Below are positions 1 to 11,990 of a stretch of 64,000 bases of DNA, one piece after another. This DNA is from Octopus sinensis (lineage: Eukaryota). Where the stretch lies: assembly GCF_006345805.1 (NCBI RefSeq), contig NC_043000.1:99014001-99078000 (forward strand). Reading direction: 5' to 3'. The notes beneath the pieces are model-generated. The model was not told where the DNA came from and did no database searches. It saw only the letters and a program-made list of their open reading frames with translations. Numbering within the stretch: position 1 is the first letter of the stretch; each line of letters begins with the position of its first letter. Position numbers and translations under genes: made by a program.

Positions 1-108
1 GCACACAAACACAAAACACACATACACACACAACACACACATACACACTACACACACACACACACACACACCACACACACATATATATAAAATATATATA
101 TATATATA

Positions 109-237
109 TTTATTATATAGAAGGAGCTTCTACAGGACTAGAACTGTTTCATTCAAGAGAAATCTTCAGGAAGCTTCCTGAAGATTCTCTTGAATGAAAC
201 AGTTCTAGTCCTGTAGAAGCTCCTTCTATATAATAAA
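109..237. repeat. Near-perfect 129-bp palindrome with a hammerhead-ribozyme fold on each strand
   Basis: Arms are reverse complements about the AAG|CTT centre at 173/174, apart from a single 1-nt indel. Confidence 0.9.
172..221 (+). ncRNA. Type I hammerhead ribozyme motif
   Basis: Stem I AGCTTC/GAAGCT; core CTGAAGA (178-184); stem II TTC-TCTT-GAA plus an extra T; GAA; stem III ACAG/CTGT; GTA cleavage triplet (after 215). Confidence 0.72.
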
Positions 238-305
238 TTAATTTTACTCTACTATGTATTGAGTACCTTATTACTGGTGGTTAACCCGAATCAACCGGGA
301 CCTAC

Positions 306-341
<36 letters not shown>

Positions 342-1451
342 ATAATAGATAGATATTCGATATGCGTGACAGAAGCAATATTACGTGAAAATAGCATTTT
401 GTGTATCATAGAGCAGACACATTTTTGAAAGACTATTAACTGCACCTTTCAACACGTGTTAAAAACGCAGACATATACCAGCAGCAGATGAAAATCTTAT
501 GATAGCTGTGGAGACAGAAAAATTCGCATGTCTGCCTCATTGGGCTTTGTCAATCGTATGTATCGCTGCTAAATTCATGCTAAAAGAAATGCGCCCTTTA
601 CAGTTATAGTAAAACAGTGATTGAGACAGCACGACTCTCGTAACCAGCTGTCAAGATGAATAAAAGTTCTTTATATGATAGAGGAAGCAGTAGTTTAAGA
701 TAGAAATCTTTGTATCATATTTAAACAGATACATCGTTGAAAGCCTATTAGCAGCGGTTTTCTTCCCGAGATAATATTTCTTAGAGATGCACCGTGTTAA
801 AGACACGTAAATATATCAGAAGCAGACGAAAGTAGTCCAGCAACAGGTGTCATTGCTAAATGAGAATTTCTGCCTCTCTGGGTTTCATCATTAGCAAGTA
901 TCTACTAGCAGACATACAAAAAACAACACCAGTTGTCACGCGACAGTGAGGGGCCAAACACAAATAGAAAGATACACACACATAGACATAGATGCATAGA
1001 TAAATTACTTACACACATACATACACGCCTATATACAACAGAGGTTGAAATTTGACGGAAACATAACAAACCGAAAATTAACAAACTGATAACAAATGGA
1101 AAATTAGACAAAAACATAATACACAAGAAATTCGCAGCTGATTCCTCATCCGTCAATGTCCAAGACATCCTAGTGGTTTCGCGCTTTTAACATCGATAAC
1201 ACTCAGTCTTGGCAGTGCTAAAGCAGAAAGTCTCTAGGGATAGCTAACGAATGTATACAATGACAAAAGCAAACAAGCTAAAAATATTACAATTGTACGT
1301 ATACAACAAAAAATACTAATACAAATACAACTATTAAGAATATACATATATCAACAAATAAGTATTTATATATATATATATATATAAATATGTGTGTGTA
1401 TATATATGTGTGTCTGCGTGTGTTTGTGTATGTAAGTATGTATGTATACAC

Positions 1452-1590
1452 GACGAACTTCTTTCAGTTTTCAAGTCGACCCAGAGCTATAGTAGAAAAC
1501 ACTTGCCCATGGTACTACCCTGTGGATTGAACCTGAAATTGCGTAGTCACAAAGCGAATGTATTAATCACACGACCACACCTACATGTTT
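1452..1590 (-). mobile_element. tRNA-derived SINE family A, 5' part, degenerate
   Basis: Reverse-complement similarity to copies at 7580 and 38411 (cttctttcagttttc...cacttgccca...attgaacc). Confidence 0.7.
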
Positions 1591-2449
1591 GATAAGTTAT
1601 ATTACCACAAGGCACTGACCCGTACCTGTCCTTCCTCCTAGTTCACCCTCACATACACTGTTTTCCACTGAGTTTTCATATTTGTATTTGGATTAAGAAA
1701 ATATTTTAAAACTTCTTTAGAGTTTACGTGGAGGTCGCAAATTTACGTACTTTACGTCATTACCTAAATTCCCTCCGCGGCAGTCATGTACACACTGCTA
1801 CTTTAACAGTGACTGCATTACTAGTTATCTTTCCATGCGAGAAATAAACTGAAATCAAGATAAAACTGCATTGTCTTAAATACATACAGGAAACTATATA
1901 GAGGTCATTTTGATTGCAAGCAATTTATATTATAATAGGTTCTAGAAAAATTTCAATGATGTATATGTTCTTGTAGAAAGCATTGAAAAATCCATTTATT
2001 AATGACGATTTAAAATTTCCACACGTCTTGTAGCTTTCGATATGTTTACTTTAACCATTATCACTCGATAATGGTTTTCATCTAGTTGTAACTTTCCTGT
2101 GTCTTTGGGGAGTTGATTTCTCAGATCATGAAGCATGAAACATAATATTCGATTGACCAAGACAGCAACCAAGAAGTGTAATTTGAATTTTAATTGAATT
2201 CTTAGCTTGACATGTAAGGTATAACAAGCCGTAAAATCGGATTGACTGAACTTGTTTGCATATATATTTCTCTTACCCTACGCATTCAATATATGCATAT
2301 ATTCACTATATGTACACGTATATATATATACTAGGCTGAGGAAAATGCTTGTGCGCCATATTAGAATAATGAACTGAATGAACACATACACACTTCAAAA
2401 ATATGTTTTAAAAAAGCATTATTTTAACACGGAGCATGAACTTTTACCA

Positions 2450-2526
<77 letters not shown>

Positions 2527-3392
2527 AATACTAAGCAATAAAGGGTTTAGCAACGAATTGCCTTACCACATACCGAATTTAGAAATAGCAGTCAAAGAGT
2601 TATAGCTATTTCTTCTACTAAAAAGGGAGATCTCAGTAAAAACAGCAATTGGAAGGCAGACACAAACAGGTAAGAGAGAATGAATTGACGGCAATCTATC
2701 ATACAATTTTAAGTTATCTACGGACGCACGTTTCGAAATCAAGTTTTTAGGAAAGCATAAGAATTAAATATTAAATAATTCTACCTTACCAAAACTTCTT
2801 TTCTCTTCTTTTCTCTCACAGAGAGTGAGAGACAGACAGAGATGGAAATGCCAGCAGCAGAGGAGGAGATTGGTGAGGATAGAAGGAAAGTGATACCAAA
2901 GGGGAGGACCTGAGAACAATGGTGCAATACACAAAAAGTGTAGAGATAGAGAAAAAGATTGCCAAGATGAAGAACATTATCAGAGTGAAATTAGCGGCCA
3001 AAAAGAATAATGAAGGTTTGAAAGCTGTTTTACTGGAAAAAGAAAGAGGAAATAGATTGAAGGAGTTGTTTGCTGAAAGAATAGAGATGACAGCGATACA
3101 GGTTTGTTACGACGAATTGCTGCCGGTGGTGGTTTTGGAAGATTTAATGGAGTATATTTTATAAATAGTGACTTTGTGTGAATTTTTAAAAAATGAAGCC
3201 AATTTGAACTATTCATTTAAAAACAGTAAAATGGAACTACCTAGGGGGGGGGGGGGGGGGTAAGCCATTCTATTCTCATTTTCATTATATCCATAATTCA
3301 TTCGATATGTGTTTCTATGTACCCCGTTGTATTGTTTTGTCTGTTTTTGTGTTGTCCCTTCTTTATTGAGGCCTTGAGCCTAATTAAAGAAA

Positions 3393-3691
3393 TAAGGACG
3401 TTGGTTATTTACATTATTTACATTCGACGGATATGTGTCCTCATCTTGTTTATTGTTAACACATTTCGGCTGATACACCCTCCAGCCTTCTTCAGGTGTC
3501 TTGGGGAAATTTCGAACCTGTGTTCTCATTCCTAAGGTTCAAAATTTCCCCAAGACACCTGAAGAAGACTGGCGGGTATATCAGCCGAAACGTTGTGTTA
3601 ACAACAAACACGACGAGGACAAATATCCGTCTAATGTAAATAATGTACATAAATCCTCATCTCTTAAATATAGAACTGTAAGGACGTTGGT
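3393..3691. mobile_element. Foldback element, probably Penelope-like, with hammerhead-like arms
   Basis: Inverted arms of about 110 bp (~3410-3520 versus ~3535-3650); right arm GACAC-CTGAAGA-a-GACTG..CAGCC-GAAACGTT-GTGTT; 13-bp direct repeat TAAGGACGTTGGT at 3393-3405 and 3679-3691. Confidence 0.7.
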
Positions 3692-4651
3692 GTTGTATTG
3701 GAGGAAGTTTGCGCTCTCTGAGTGCTCTTGTTATTATATGTAACTTTTACATTATTTTTTAACATTCTAGATAATATGGAATACGTTGATAGTTATGAAA
3801 AAAATTATAATAAAAAGAAACAATGGAAAGAAGAAAGAAAGAAAGGAAACATTTTCTTAAAGATGATTTTTTTCTGCTTTTTATTTATTTATTTTTCCTA
3901 CTTTACATTTGTCAGTACACGATGAACGTGTTACTCTAGGAGACAAGTACACGGAAGATAATGTAGACCTGAAATTTTTGTCCATTTTAACAAGACGGAT
4001 TTGGCATGGTTGACTCTTGATTTTTCTGGATTAAAATGGCAGTAAGCCCTGTTGAGGGAAACTTTGAAACTTTTGTTAGTTTATTTCAAAACTTTCTGGT
4101 AACTAAGAAGGGGAAGATAACATTTTACTCATTTAAGACGACATTTTGTAAGAATTTGAGATTCTTTCTTCACAAAGTTCAATAAATTCCTTTCCTTCAG
4201 GATTATCTATATTTATATATTTATTCGTTCATTTCTTTCTGAAACCCGGATAACCGGATGTTTCCGGCTGGAAACTATAGTAACATTTACGAATATCTTC
4301 TGGAACTTGTGCTTAAATTCTTTGATAAGGAAGTTAGGGATTTCTATTTGTCACAAGAATTTATTTTCTTTTATATTCACCATATATATTTTTTGTATTT
4401 TTATGAAGACAAAGGAATAAAAAGAATCACAATTTAATAATAAAGTTTCAGGACTGTAGTTTAGATTTTGCCAAGCAGAAAGGAAGAGCCAGATAAGGAT
4501 GAAGCGATCGGAAATAAAAAGAAAAAGACATATGAAATTGAAAGCATTAAGTATTCATGTATTCATGTAAGCATACATATTATGAATATATACATATATA
4601 AATACATGCATATGCACACAGATTCATATATAAGAACACATATGCGCAGAC

Positions 4652-5000
4652 ATGGCTGTGGTGTTGAGAAGCTCGCGTGGAAAATCATGTGATTTCGGCT
4701 TCAGTCTCAATGCTCAGCACTTTGACCAAATGTTTTCTATTATAGCTCTGGGCTAACCGATGCCTTGTAAGCTAATTTAGTCGATGAAAACTGTGTGGAA
4801 TCTCGTTGTATACGTCGTGCATGTACTTTGTGTTTGTTTTCGTCACCCACCACCGCTTAAAACTTCCGATGTTTGTTTATGTTCCCTATCTTAGTACGTT
4901 GGCAAAAGAGAAGGATTGAAAAAGTACAAAACTTAAAATATGTGCTGGGGTCAATTCGCCAAAGTAAAACTTTCAAGATGGCAATCCAGCATGGCTGCAA
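4652..5000 (+). mobile_element. SINE family A, old degenerate copy
   Basis: tggctgtggtg...ttcagtctcaatgc...ttctattatagctctgggctaaccgatgccttgt...ggcaaaagag...ccagcatggctgca; colinear with younger copies. Confidence 0.65.
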
Positions 5001-5157
5001 TGCAATTATTAAAACAAATAAAAGTTACACTCTAAATACATTAAAATGGTTGTTCTGTAGCAATCGATGTTACTACCGTTTTTAACGATAGGAAGAGCCT
5101 CCTCTGCCTGGTTATTGATGCAATCTGCTCCTGATATATAAATATATATATATATAT

Positions 5158-5193
<36 letters not shown>

Positions 5194-5326
5194 CAAGCAG
5201 AGGAGCGAATATCTACCGTATTTTAGCAAACGATAGGATCCCCAGCCCGTACAGTTTGGGGTTATATTGTGCCCATCGTCAGTGGAAAACACCCGTCCGC
5301 TGAAGATTTTTTATACACACACACAC

Positions 5327-5357
<31 letters not shown>

Positions 5358-5362
5358 TGTTT

Positions 5363-5655
5363 AGGCGCAGAAGTGACTGTGTGGTAAGTAGCTTACTTAC
5401 CAACCACATGGTTCCAGGTTCAGTCCCACTGCGTGGCACGTTGGGCAAGTGTCTTCTACTGTAGCCTCGGGCCGACCAAAGCCTTGTGAGTAGATTTGAT
5501 AGACGGAAATTGAAAGAAGCCCGTCGTATATGTATAGCGGTTCGGCAAAAGTGATCGAAAGAATAAGTCCCGGGGTCGATGATTTGCTCGACCAAAGGCG
5601 GTGCTCCAGCATGGGCGCAGTCAAATGACTGAAGCAAGTAAAAGAGTAAAAGAGT
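5363..5655 (+). mobile_element. SINE family A
   Basis: aggcgcagaagtgactgtgtggtaag (A-box-like)...ggttcagtccc (B-box-like)...gggcaagtgtcttctactgtagcctcgggccgaccaaagcc...tgactgaagcaagtaaaagag tail. Confidence 0.9.
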
Positions 5656-5686
5656 ATATATTAATATATATATATATATATATATT

Positions 5687-5717
<31 letters not shown>

Positions 5718-5732
5718 TATATATATATATAT

Positions 5733-5764
<32 letters not shown>

Positions 5765-6493
5765 TATATATGGGGGAGAGAGAGAGAAAAAGAGAGAGAG
5801 ATACGTGTGTATATGCATGTGTGTTTGCTGATTTCGTAAAACATTTTTCTGTATATCTTTTTTCTGACGTCCCTTTAAGATTACACCAATCCTTTTCATA
5901 TACTTAGAAAAAACCCAAACGAAGCTTCTGTACGTATGAAACACACACATGTGTGCGCATGCACACGTTCTGTTACACATATGTTTCTTTATATATCTCA
6001 CTTATGTGAATGACACTTTGCTTATATGTTTTCTCTAGGTGGTTTTTTTCCTGTCTCCTAGAGTTATTTCAGTTTCATTTTCCTTAGTTTATCAAAAGAA
6101 TCTGATTATATGCATTTATTTAACTTTCTTCTCAGACCTATCCGAAATAGGTGTTGGTAAGTTTGGAATTTTGTTTTGACGGTATTCCAAGAGAGAAGAA
6201 GCAACTTAGTTTAAGATACAAGAAACAGATAAACAGAGACATTATGAAAAGCAAAAACAAATCGTAGCCATTTCATTTGGTATCGTTTCAAGCCTGATAT
6301 TTTCAGATGTGCGCATTTTCTTCTCAAATACCATTTTCCGAGCCAGCGAAAGAATCCCATGTGGTCATTCATGTTCCTACCAAAAGCAATCGGTTATATG
6401 GTTATATAATTCTACATAATTGGGTTCAGTGTTTTCATATAAATAAATGAATAAATAACTAAATGAATATAGATATATAAATATATAAATATA

Positions 6494-7536
6494 TCTATAT
6501 ATATAAAACTCAACTTGTGTGTCTGTGTGTTTAACTTCCCGGCACATCTCCTCCTAGCCAAAAAATCGTAGAACCACCAAAAATGGGTCACTTAAAGTTT
6601 AGGCGAATGAAAATGGAACTGCGCTATTTCTGTTCCGAAATTCATCTCGCAAGTGCAAAAATCGATAATGTGTTTGTTTAGGCCTTATCCCATGTATTGA
6701 ATAGTGAACTTTACTCAGTCAGCTGTTTGACGTGAACTGCGTTCACCACGCGTGAATGCATTCGTAACTGGCAGGAAAAATAAAAAATCAAGATATAAAA
6801 ACGAATCGCCGTAAACATTGTAGAAATTCGGCAAAAAAAGTGAATTTTCGGGATGTAGCCTGGAGGGTTTTTTCGTATTAATCGTTTGGACTTTGTGAAC
6901 ACATACCAATTGCTTTCATAACATTTTTAACGCTTTGAATTAAATGTGACCATTTTGCGTTGAGTCTGCAGTTTGAATCACTTTAACCAAATTTTAGCAG
7001 GCCGGATTTTTGATCATCACGATACATCGCCAGCGACTTCCTGAAACTTTCCCCTGAAATCCCCGTTGAGGAATCTATATATATAAAACTCAACTTGTGT
7101 GTATTTGTGTGTGTGTCTGTGTGTTTAACTTTTGGCTCTACCAAGTTTCATTATTAAGGATGGAAAGTAGTGTGTAGCAAATCTATGTGTGGCAGGTTTG
7201 GTAGCCTTCAACTAACACTATCTCCTTCGAGACCATGCAGCGCAAGTTGACCAAAATTGAGAGTATGATAGAAGAAGGCTTGCTCTTCATTCTGTAGAAG
7301 ATAAAATTCAAATCAGACCATGTTAACACCAAAAATTATTTACATCAAAAAGGTGCTTTTTTTCTATGAAAATCCCTATTTTTTACGATTTTTGACTTCT
7401 GTGTCACCATTTTTCGGTGTATTTCAACTGGAAAAATGTTCACTTGAAGAGAATAACATGTTGCATAATGCAAAATTCAAAAATTTCAATTCTAAAGGGT
7501 CAAAACAAACCCAAGCAACACCGGGTGATACTGCTA

Positions 7537-7537
<1 letters not shown>
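6494..7537 (+). mobile_element. Non-autonomous Helitron (HINE/DINE-like) with duplicated 5' end
   Basis: A|TCTATATATATAAAACTCAAC starts at 6494 and again at 7074; 3' CCCAAGCAACACCGGG hairpin then ATACTG-CTAG|T at 7537. Confidence 0.75.
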
Positions 7538-7579
<42 letters not shown>

Positions 7580-7581
<2 letters not shown>

Positions 7582-7959
7582 ACGCAGGAGTGGCTGTGTG
7601 GTAAGTAGCTTGCTCACCAACCACATGGTTCTGGGTTCAGTCCCACTGCGTGGCACCTTGGACAAGTGTCTTCTAGTATAGGCTCGGGCCGACCAAAGCC
7701 TTGTGAGTGGACTTAGTAGACGGAAACTGAAGGAAGCCCGTCGTATATATGTATATGTATATGTGTGTGTGTGTGTTTCTGTGTTTGTCCCCCCAACATC
7801 ACTTCACAACCGATGCTGGTGTGTTTACGTACCCGTAACTTAGCGGTTCAGTTAAAGAGACCGATAGAATAAGTACGAGGCTTACAAAGAATAAGTCCTG
7901 GGGTCGATTTGCTCGACTAATGTTGGCCGTAGTCAAATGAGTGAAACAGGTAAAAGAGT
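7580..7959 (+). mobile_element. SINE family A, near full length
   Basis: tRNA-like head, central (TG)n, 3' module ccgatgctggtgtgtttacgtacccgtaacttagcggttc...gtcaaatgagtgaaacaggtaaaagag. Confidence 0.92.
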
Positions 7960-8160
7960 ATATATATATACATATATATGTAGTTGGTTGTTACAAGAAA
8001 ATAGACAATGACAGGTGTATAAACAACAAGCAGGTGTATTAGTTTAACGCTCGTGAAGGGGGGAATGTCTTTTACGTTTCGAGCCTACGCTCTTCAAGAG
8101 AATGGAACACAAGAAAATAAACAGAGAGAGAATAAAAAAAGCTTTAATGGCTACCTTTAG

Positions 8161-8426
8161 TGAGAAAAAAGTCGTGTGGATTTTGGAAAATAAAATATTT
8201 TTATTTCTTCATTATTATTAGCGCTCTCGTTCTTTTCTCGAACTTGTCAAACAAAATTTTGTGAAAGTACAAACAACTTATTAATTTATATAAAACAGAT
8301 GTTTTTGAGGGTTTTGTTTAGAAGAGAATATTGCTTTTGTTTTTTGGGGTGAGGTTTCATTGACAATAGAGATGGATAAAAATATAGGTAGGTATATAGG
8401 CTGATAGATAGATAGATAGATAGATT

Positions 8427-8507
<81 letters not shown>

Positions 8508-9403
8508 TTAGATAGAGGAGAGAGAGAGAGAAGGGGTATCCCCCTTCCTATTCACCATTTATATATTTATATATTTTTTCCTTTACCATTGTATTGGAAT
8601 GGGTTTAAGGATGGTGACTTCTTCAAAAAAAGATGCAGTTTGTTCACCATTGAAAGTCATTGTGCTTTCTTTCTCTCTTGCCCTTTTTTCTTTCTTTTTT
8701 CCCCTCTTTCATTTTAGAATACAAAATGTATTGTCATCCCTTCCAAACATTCATTTTTGGAGGGAATGTTTTGATGAAATGTAGTTCTGCATGATAAAAA
8801 TATTAGTATAATATTTGCAAATTAACAATTTGAAAAATCAATCAATAAATAAAATAATATGAAACAAAAAAAATTACACACACACACACACATATACATA
8901 TATACACACATATATATACGTAAAGCTAGAATATCCTAATGTTACACACACACACATATATATATATATCTGAACATTTGTAGATACAATGGTAAAGAAA
9001 TACAAAAAATTAATAAATGAATGGGGAATAGGAAGGGGGATACCCCTTCTCTCTCTCTTTCCCTCTACCTATCTATCCATCTATCTATCCATCTATCTAT
9101 CTATCTACCTATCTATCTATCTATCTATCTATTTATTCATCTATCTGTCTATCTATCAGCCTATCTACCTACCTATATTTTTATCTAGCCATCTCCATTG
9201 TCATGGAACCTCACCCCAAAAACAAGAACTATGTTCTCTTTTAAAAAAACCCTCCTCCAAAACATCTGTTTTATATAAATGAACAAACTGTTTGTATATT
9301 CACAACATTCTATTTGCCAAGTTCGAGAAAGGAAATAAAGCGCTTATAATAATGAAGAAATAAAAAGAATTTTTTTCCAAAATTCTGACGACTTTTTTTC
9401 TCA
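8161..9403. mobile_element. Large foldback element with ~430-bp inverted arms
   Basis: 8161-8594 is the diverged reverse complement of 8984-9403, including the internal (GATA)n/(TATC)n tract and GAAGGGGTATCCCCCTTCCTATTC. Confidence 0.85.
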
Positions 9404-9489
9404 ATATTTAATTTCTGTATATCTCACCTAACACTATATGTATATATAATATAATATATATATATATATATATATTATATATACATATA

Positions 9490-9856
9490 GCACGGCGGGC
9501 TGTGTGGTAAGAAGTTTGCTTCAGTCCCATTGCATGGCACCTTAGGATGGTGTCTTCTACTTTAGCGTCAGGCCACCAAGCCCTTGGGAAAACTGAAAGA
9601 AAATGGAAAGAAGCCCGTCGTATATATTTGTGTGTGTGCGTGTGTGTGTGTGTGTGTCAGTGTCTGTGTTTGTGTCTGTGTTTGTCTCCTCATCGGCACT
9701 TAACTTCCGGTGTTGGTGTGTTTACGTTCCCGTAATTTAGTGGTTCTGCAAAAGAGACTGATAGAATAAGTACTAATCTTTAAAAAAAATTCTGGGATCG
9801 ATTTCTTCGAATAAAACCCTTCAAGTCAAATGTCTGAAACAAGTAATCGAATAAAA
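9490..9856 (+). mobile_element. SINE family A
   Basis: gctgtgtggtaagaagtttgcttcagtccc...actgaaag...gaagcccgtcgta...(TG)n...aaaagagactgatagaataagtac. Confidence 0.85.
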
Positions 9857-10756
9857 CGCTAAGCTAAAAGAATAATAAATACATACATACATACATACAT
9901 ACATACATAAATACAGCCTGCATACGTACAACATACATACATACATACATACATACATACATACATACATACATACATGCATGCATACGTACATACATAC
10001 ATACATACATACATACATACATACATACATACATACATACATACATACATACAAACATACATAAAGTAGAAATTATGTTTGCAAATAGCTTACAACGGTT
10101 ACAGTTATATTTAGAACTCCACGTAGATTACATAATCCAGCCTGCTTTTTGTATAGTTGTTAACTTCTGTGCTGAATATTACTAGTTGTGAAGTATTAGA
10201 GCAGGGGGAGGAGTAATAAGGTTAAACACAGGTTGGTATTATAGTCCCTATGCGCATTTTACCCATATGGTTGTTTGGAGCCCTACAATATGGGTTTCAA
10301 ATGCTCAACAACAACGGAAAAGAATACGAGTCTTTCTAAAAATGGCCTTTGAACTCTTATCATATGTGGTTTCATGATTGGCCATCCAGTCATTCATATT
10401 CAACCTAAAGTTCTTATTGATAATTGACTTCCATTCATCTATTTTTAATCACCTTTTCCTCTATCACACATGTCAATTTTTCCCACCGTATATTTCTCTA
10501 TTTCCATCTGTCTCTATGCCCCTCTCTCTCTCTATTCTTCGTTTTCACTCTCCTCTCTCTCTCTCTCCTCTCTCTCTCTGACACACACACACGTAAACAC
10601 ACACACACATGCGCGCGCGCTAAACTGTATTGATTTCTGTATTTATCCATTCAGAATATTAATTTCTATATTTTACGTAACTATTCCACACAAATTATCA
10701 CGCTTCTATATTATATCTTATACCATACATATTATTCATTTATTTTTTTACTTTAC

Positions 10757-10950
10757 TCAGTTATTTGACTGCAGCCATGCTGAAGTACCAACTTTGGTCT
10801 AACACATCAATTCCAGGGTTTATTCTTTGTGCCTAGTACTTATTCTATCGGTCGTTTTTTCCGCATCGCTAAGTTACGGGGATGTAAACACGCCAACATC
10901 GATTGTCAAGCGATGGTGGTGCTGGGGTACAAACACAGACACACAAATAC
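10757..10950 (-). mobile_element. SINE family A, 3' module
   Basis: ttgactgcagccatgctgaag...acttattctatcggtc...gctaagttacggggatgtaaacacgccaacatcg is the reverse complement of the family A 3' module. Confidence 0.85.
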
Positions 10951-10990
10951 ATACATAACCCCCCCCCCATATATATATATATATATTATA

Positions 10991-11364
10991 CTAGCAGTAT
11001 CGCCCGGCGTTGCTCGGGTTTGTAAGGGAATAACTATAAAGCATTTTTAGAGAGTTATAGCCAAAAAATAGCAAAAAAATGGAAAAGAAATTATGGTAAA
11101 TTTTTGAGAGTTAAAAAGGTCGAGTTTGCGTCCCCTAGACATCTGTGGTTTGTGTTTCTGATTCTCGACCCATGTCGATTTATCGATTTTTTTCAGAACT
11201 GGGAACTTTTCAAAATTTTCGCTGCGTTAGTTTTGAATTATGACATTGGACTATGTGTGTGTCAAGTTTCATCAGAATCGGTTGAAAGCCGTGGTCAGGG
11301 TGAGGGTACAACCTAACAAACACCAGACACGCAGACAGACAAACTGCCGTTTATATATGAGAGA
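10991..11364 (-). mobile_element. Non-autonomous Helitron
   Basis: Minus strand A|TCTCTCATATATAAACGGCAGTTTGTCTGTCTG ... CCCGAGCAACGCCGGG hairpin, CGATACTG-CTAG|T; same 3' terminus as the 6494-7537 element. Confidence 0.8.
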
Positions 11365-11832
11365 TACACGTATGTATGTATGTATGTTAAATGAAGATAT
11401 CCTTACAGTTGTTTCAAGGATATGAGGGATGTCCCTTCTATTTCCCTTTATACTTCCTACATCTATCCCTCCCCAAAATAACTTCTTATATTGAACTCTA
11501 ATATTTCCCTCTATTTAACTCTCTCGTGAACGGATATCCCTCATATCTCCGTATAAATGTCCTAGAAATTTTACATTGCCTTGGCTACGTTGTCTAATTA
11601 TATTTAACATGTACATGCTCACACACGACCCGCTTTAAACTCCTAACTCATACTATTATCGAACCAGGAGTCTAACTACGGTCCTTCCGTAGCACTTACA
11701 TAGCCTTACGTGCTATTTTGAGTCGTATGGATACCAAAACCTCCCATATGTATGTGTATGTGTGTGTGTGTGTGTGTATAGAGAGTTTACGAAAAAACAA
11801 AAGACGAAGTCATGTATATATATATATATATA

Positions 11833-11990
11833 TACGACGGACTTCTTTCAGTTTCCGTCAACTAAATCCACTCACAAGGCTTTGGTCGGACCAAGGCCAC
11901 AGTAGAAAATACTTGCCGAAGGTGCCACGCAGTGGAACTGAACCCGGAACCATATAGTTCGGAAGCAAGCTTCGTACCACACAGCCACTC
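11833..11990 (-). mobile_element. SINE family A, 5' part
   Basis: cttctttcagtttccgtc...ccactcacaaggctttggtcgg...ggtgccacgcagtggaactgaacccgg...accacacagccact. Confidence 0.88.

Noticed and set aside
3244-3260. G17 homopolymer (G-quadruplex potential)
   Set aside because: An isolated homopolymer with no functional context.
8065-8105. Minus-strand GAGC-GTAG-GCTC-GAAACGTA hammerhead-like piece
   Set aside because: The core reads CTCTTGA and stem I does not pair; at best a decayed Penelope-like remnant.
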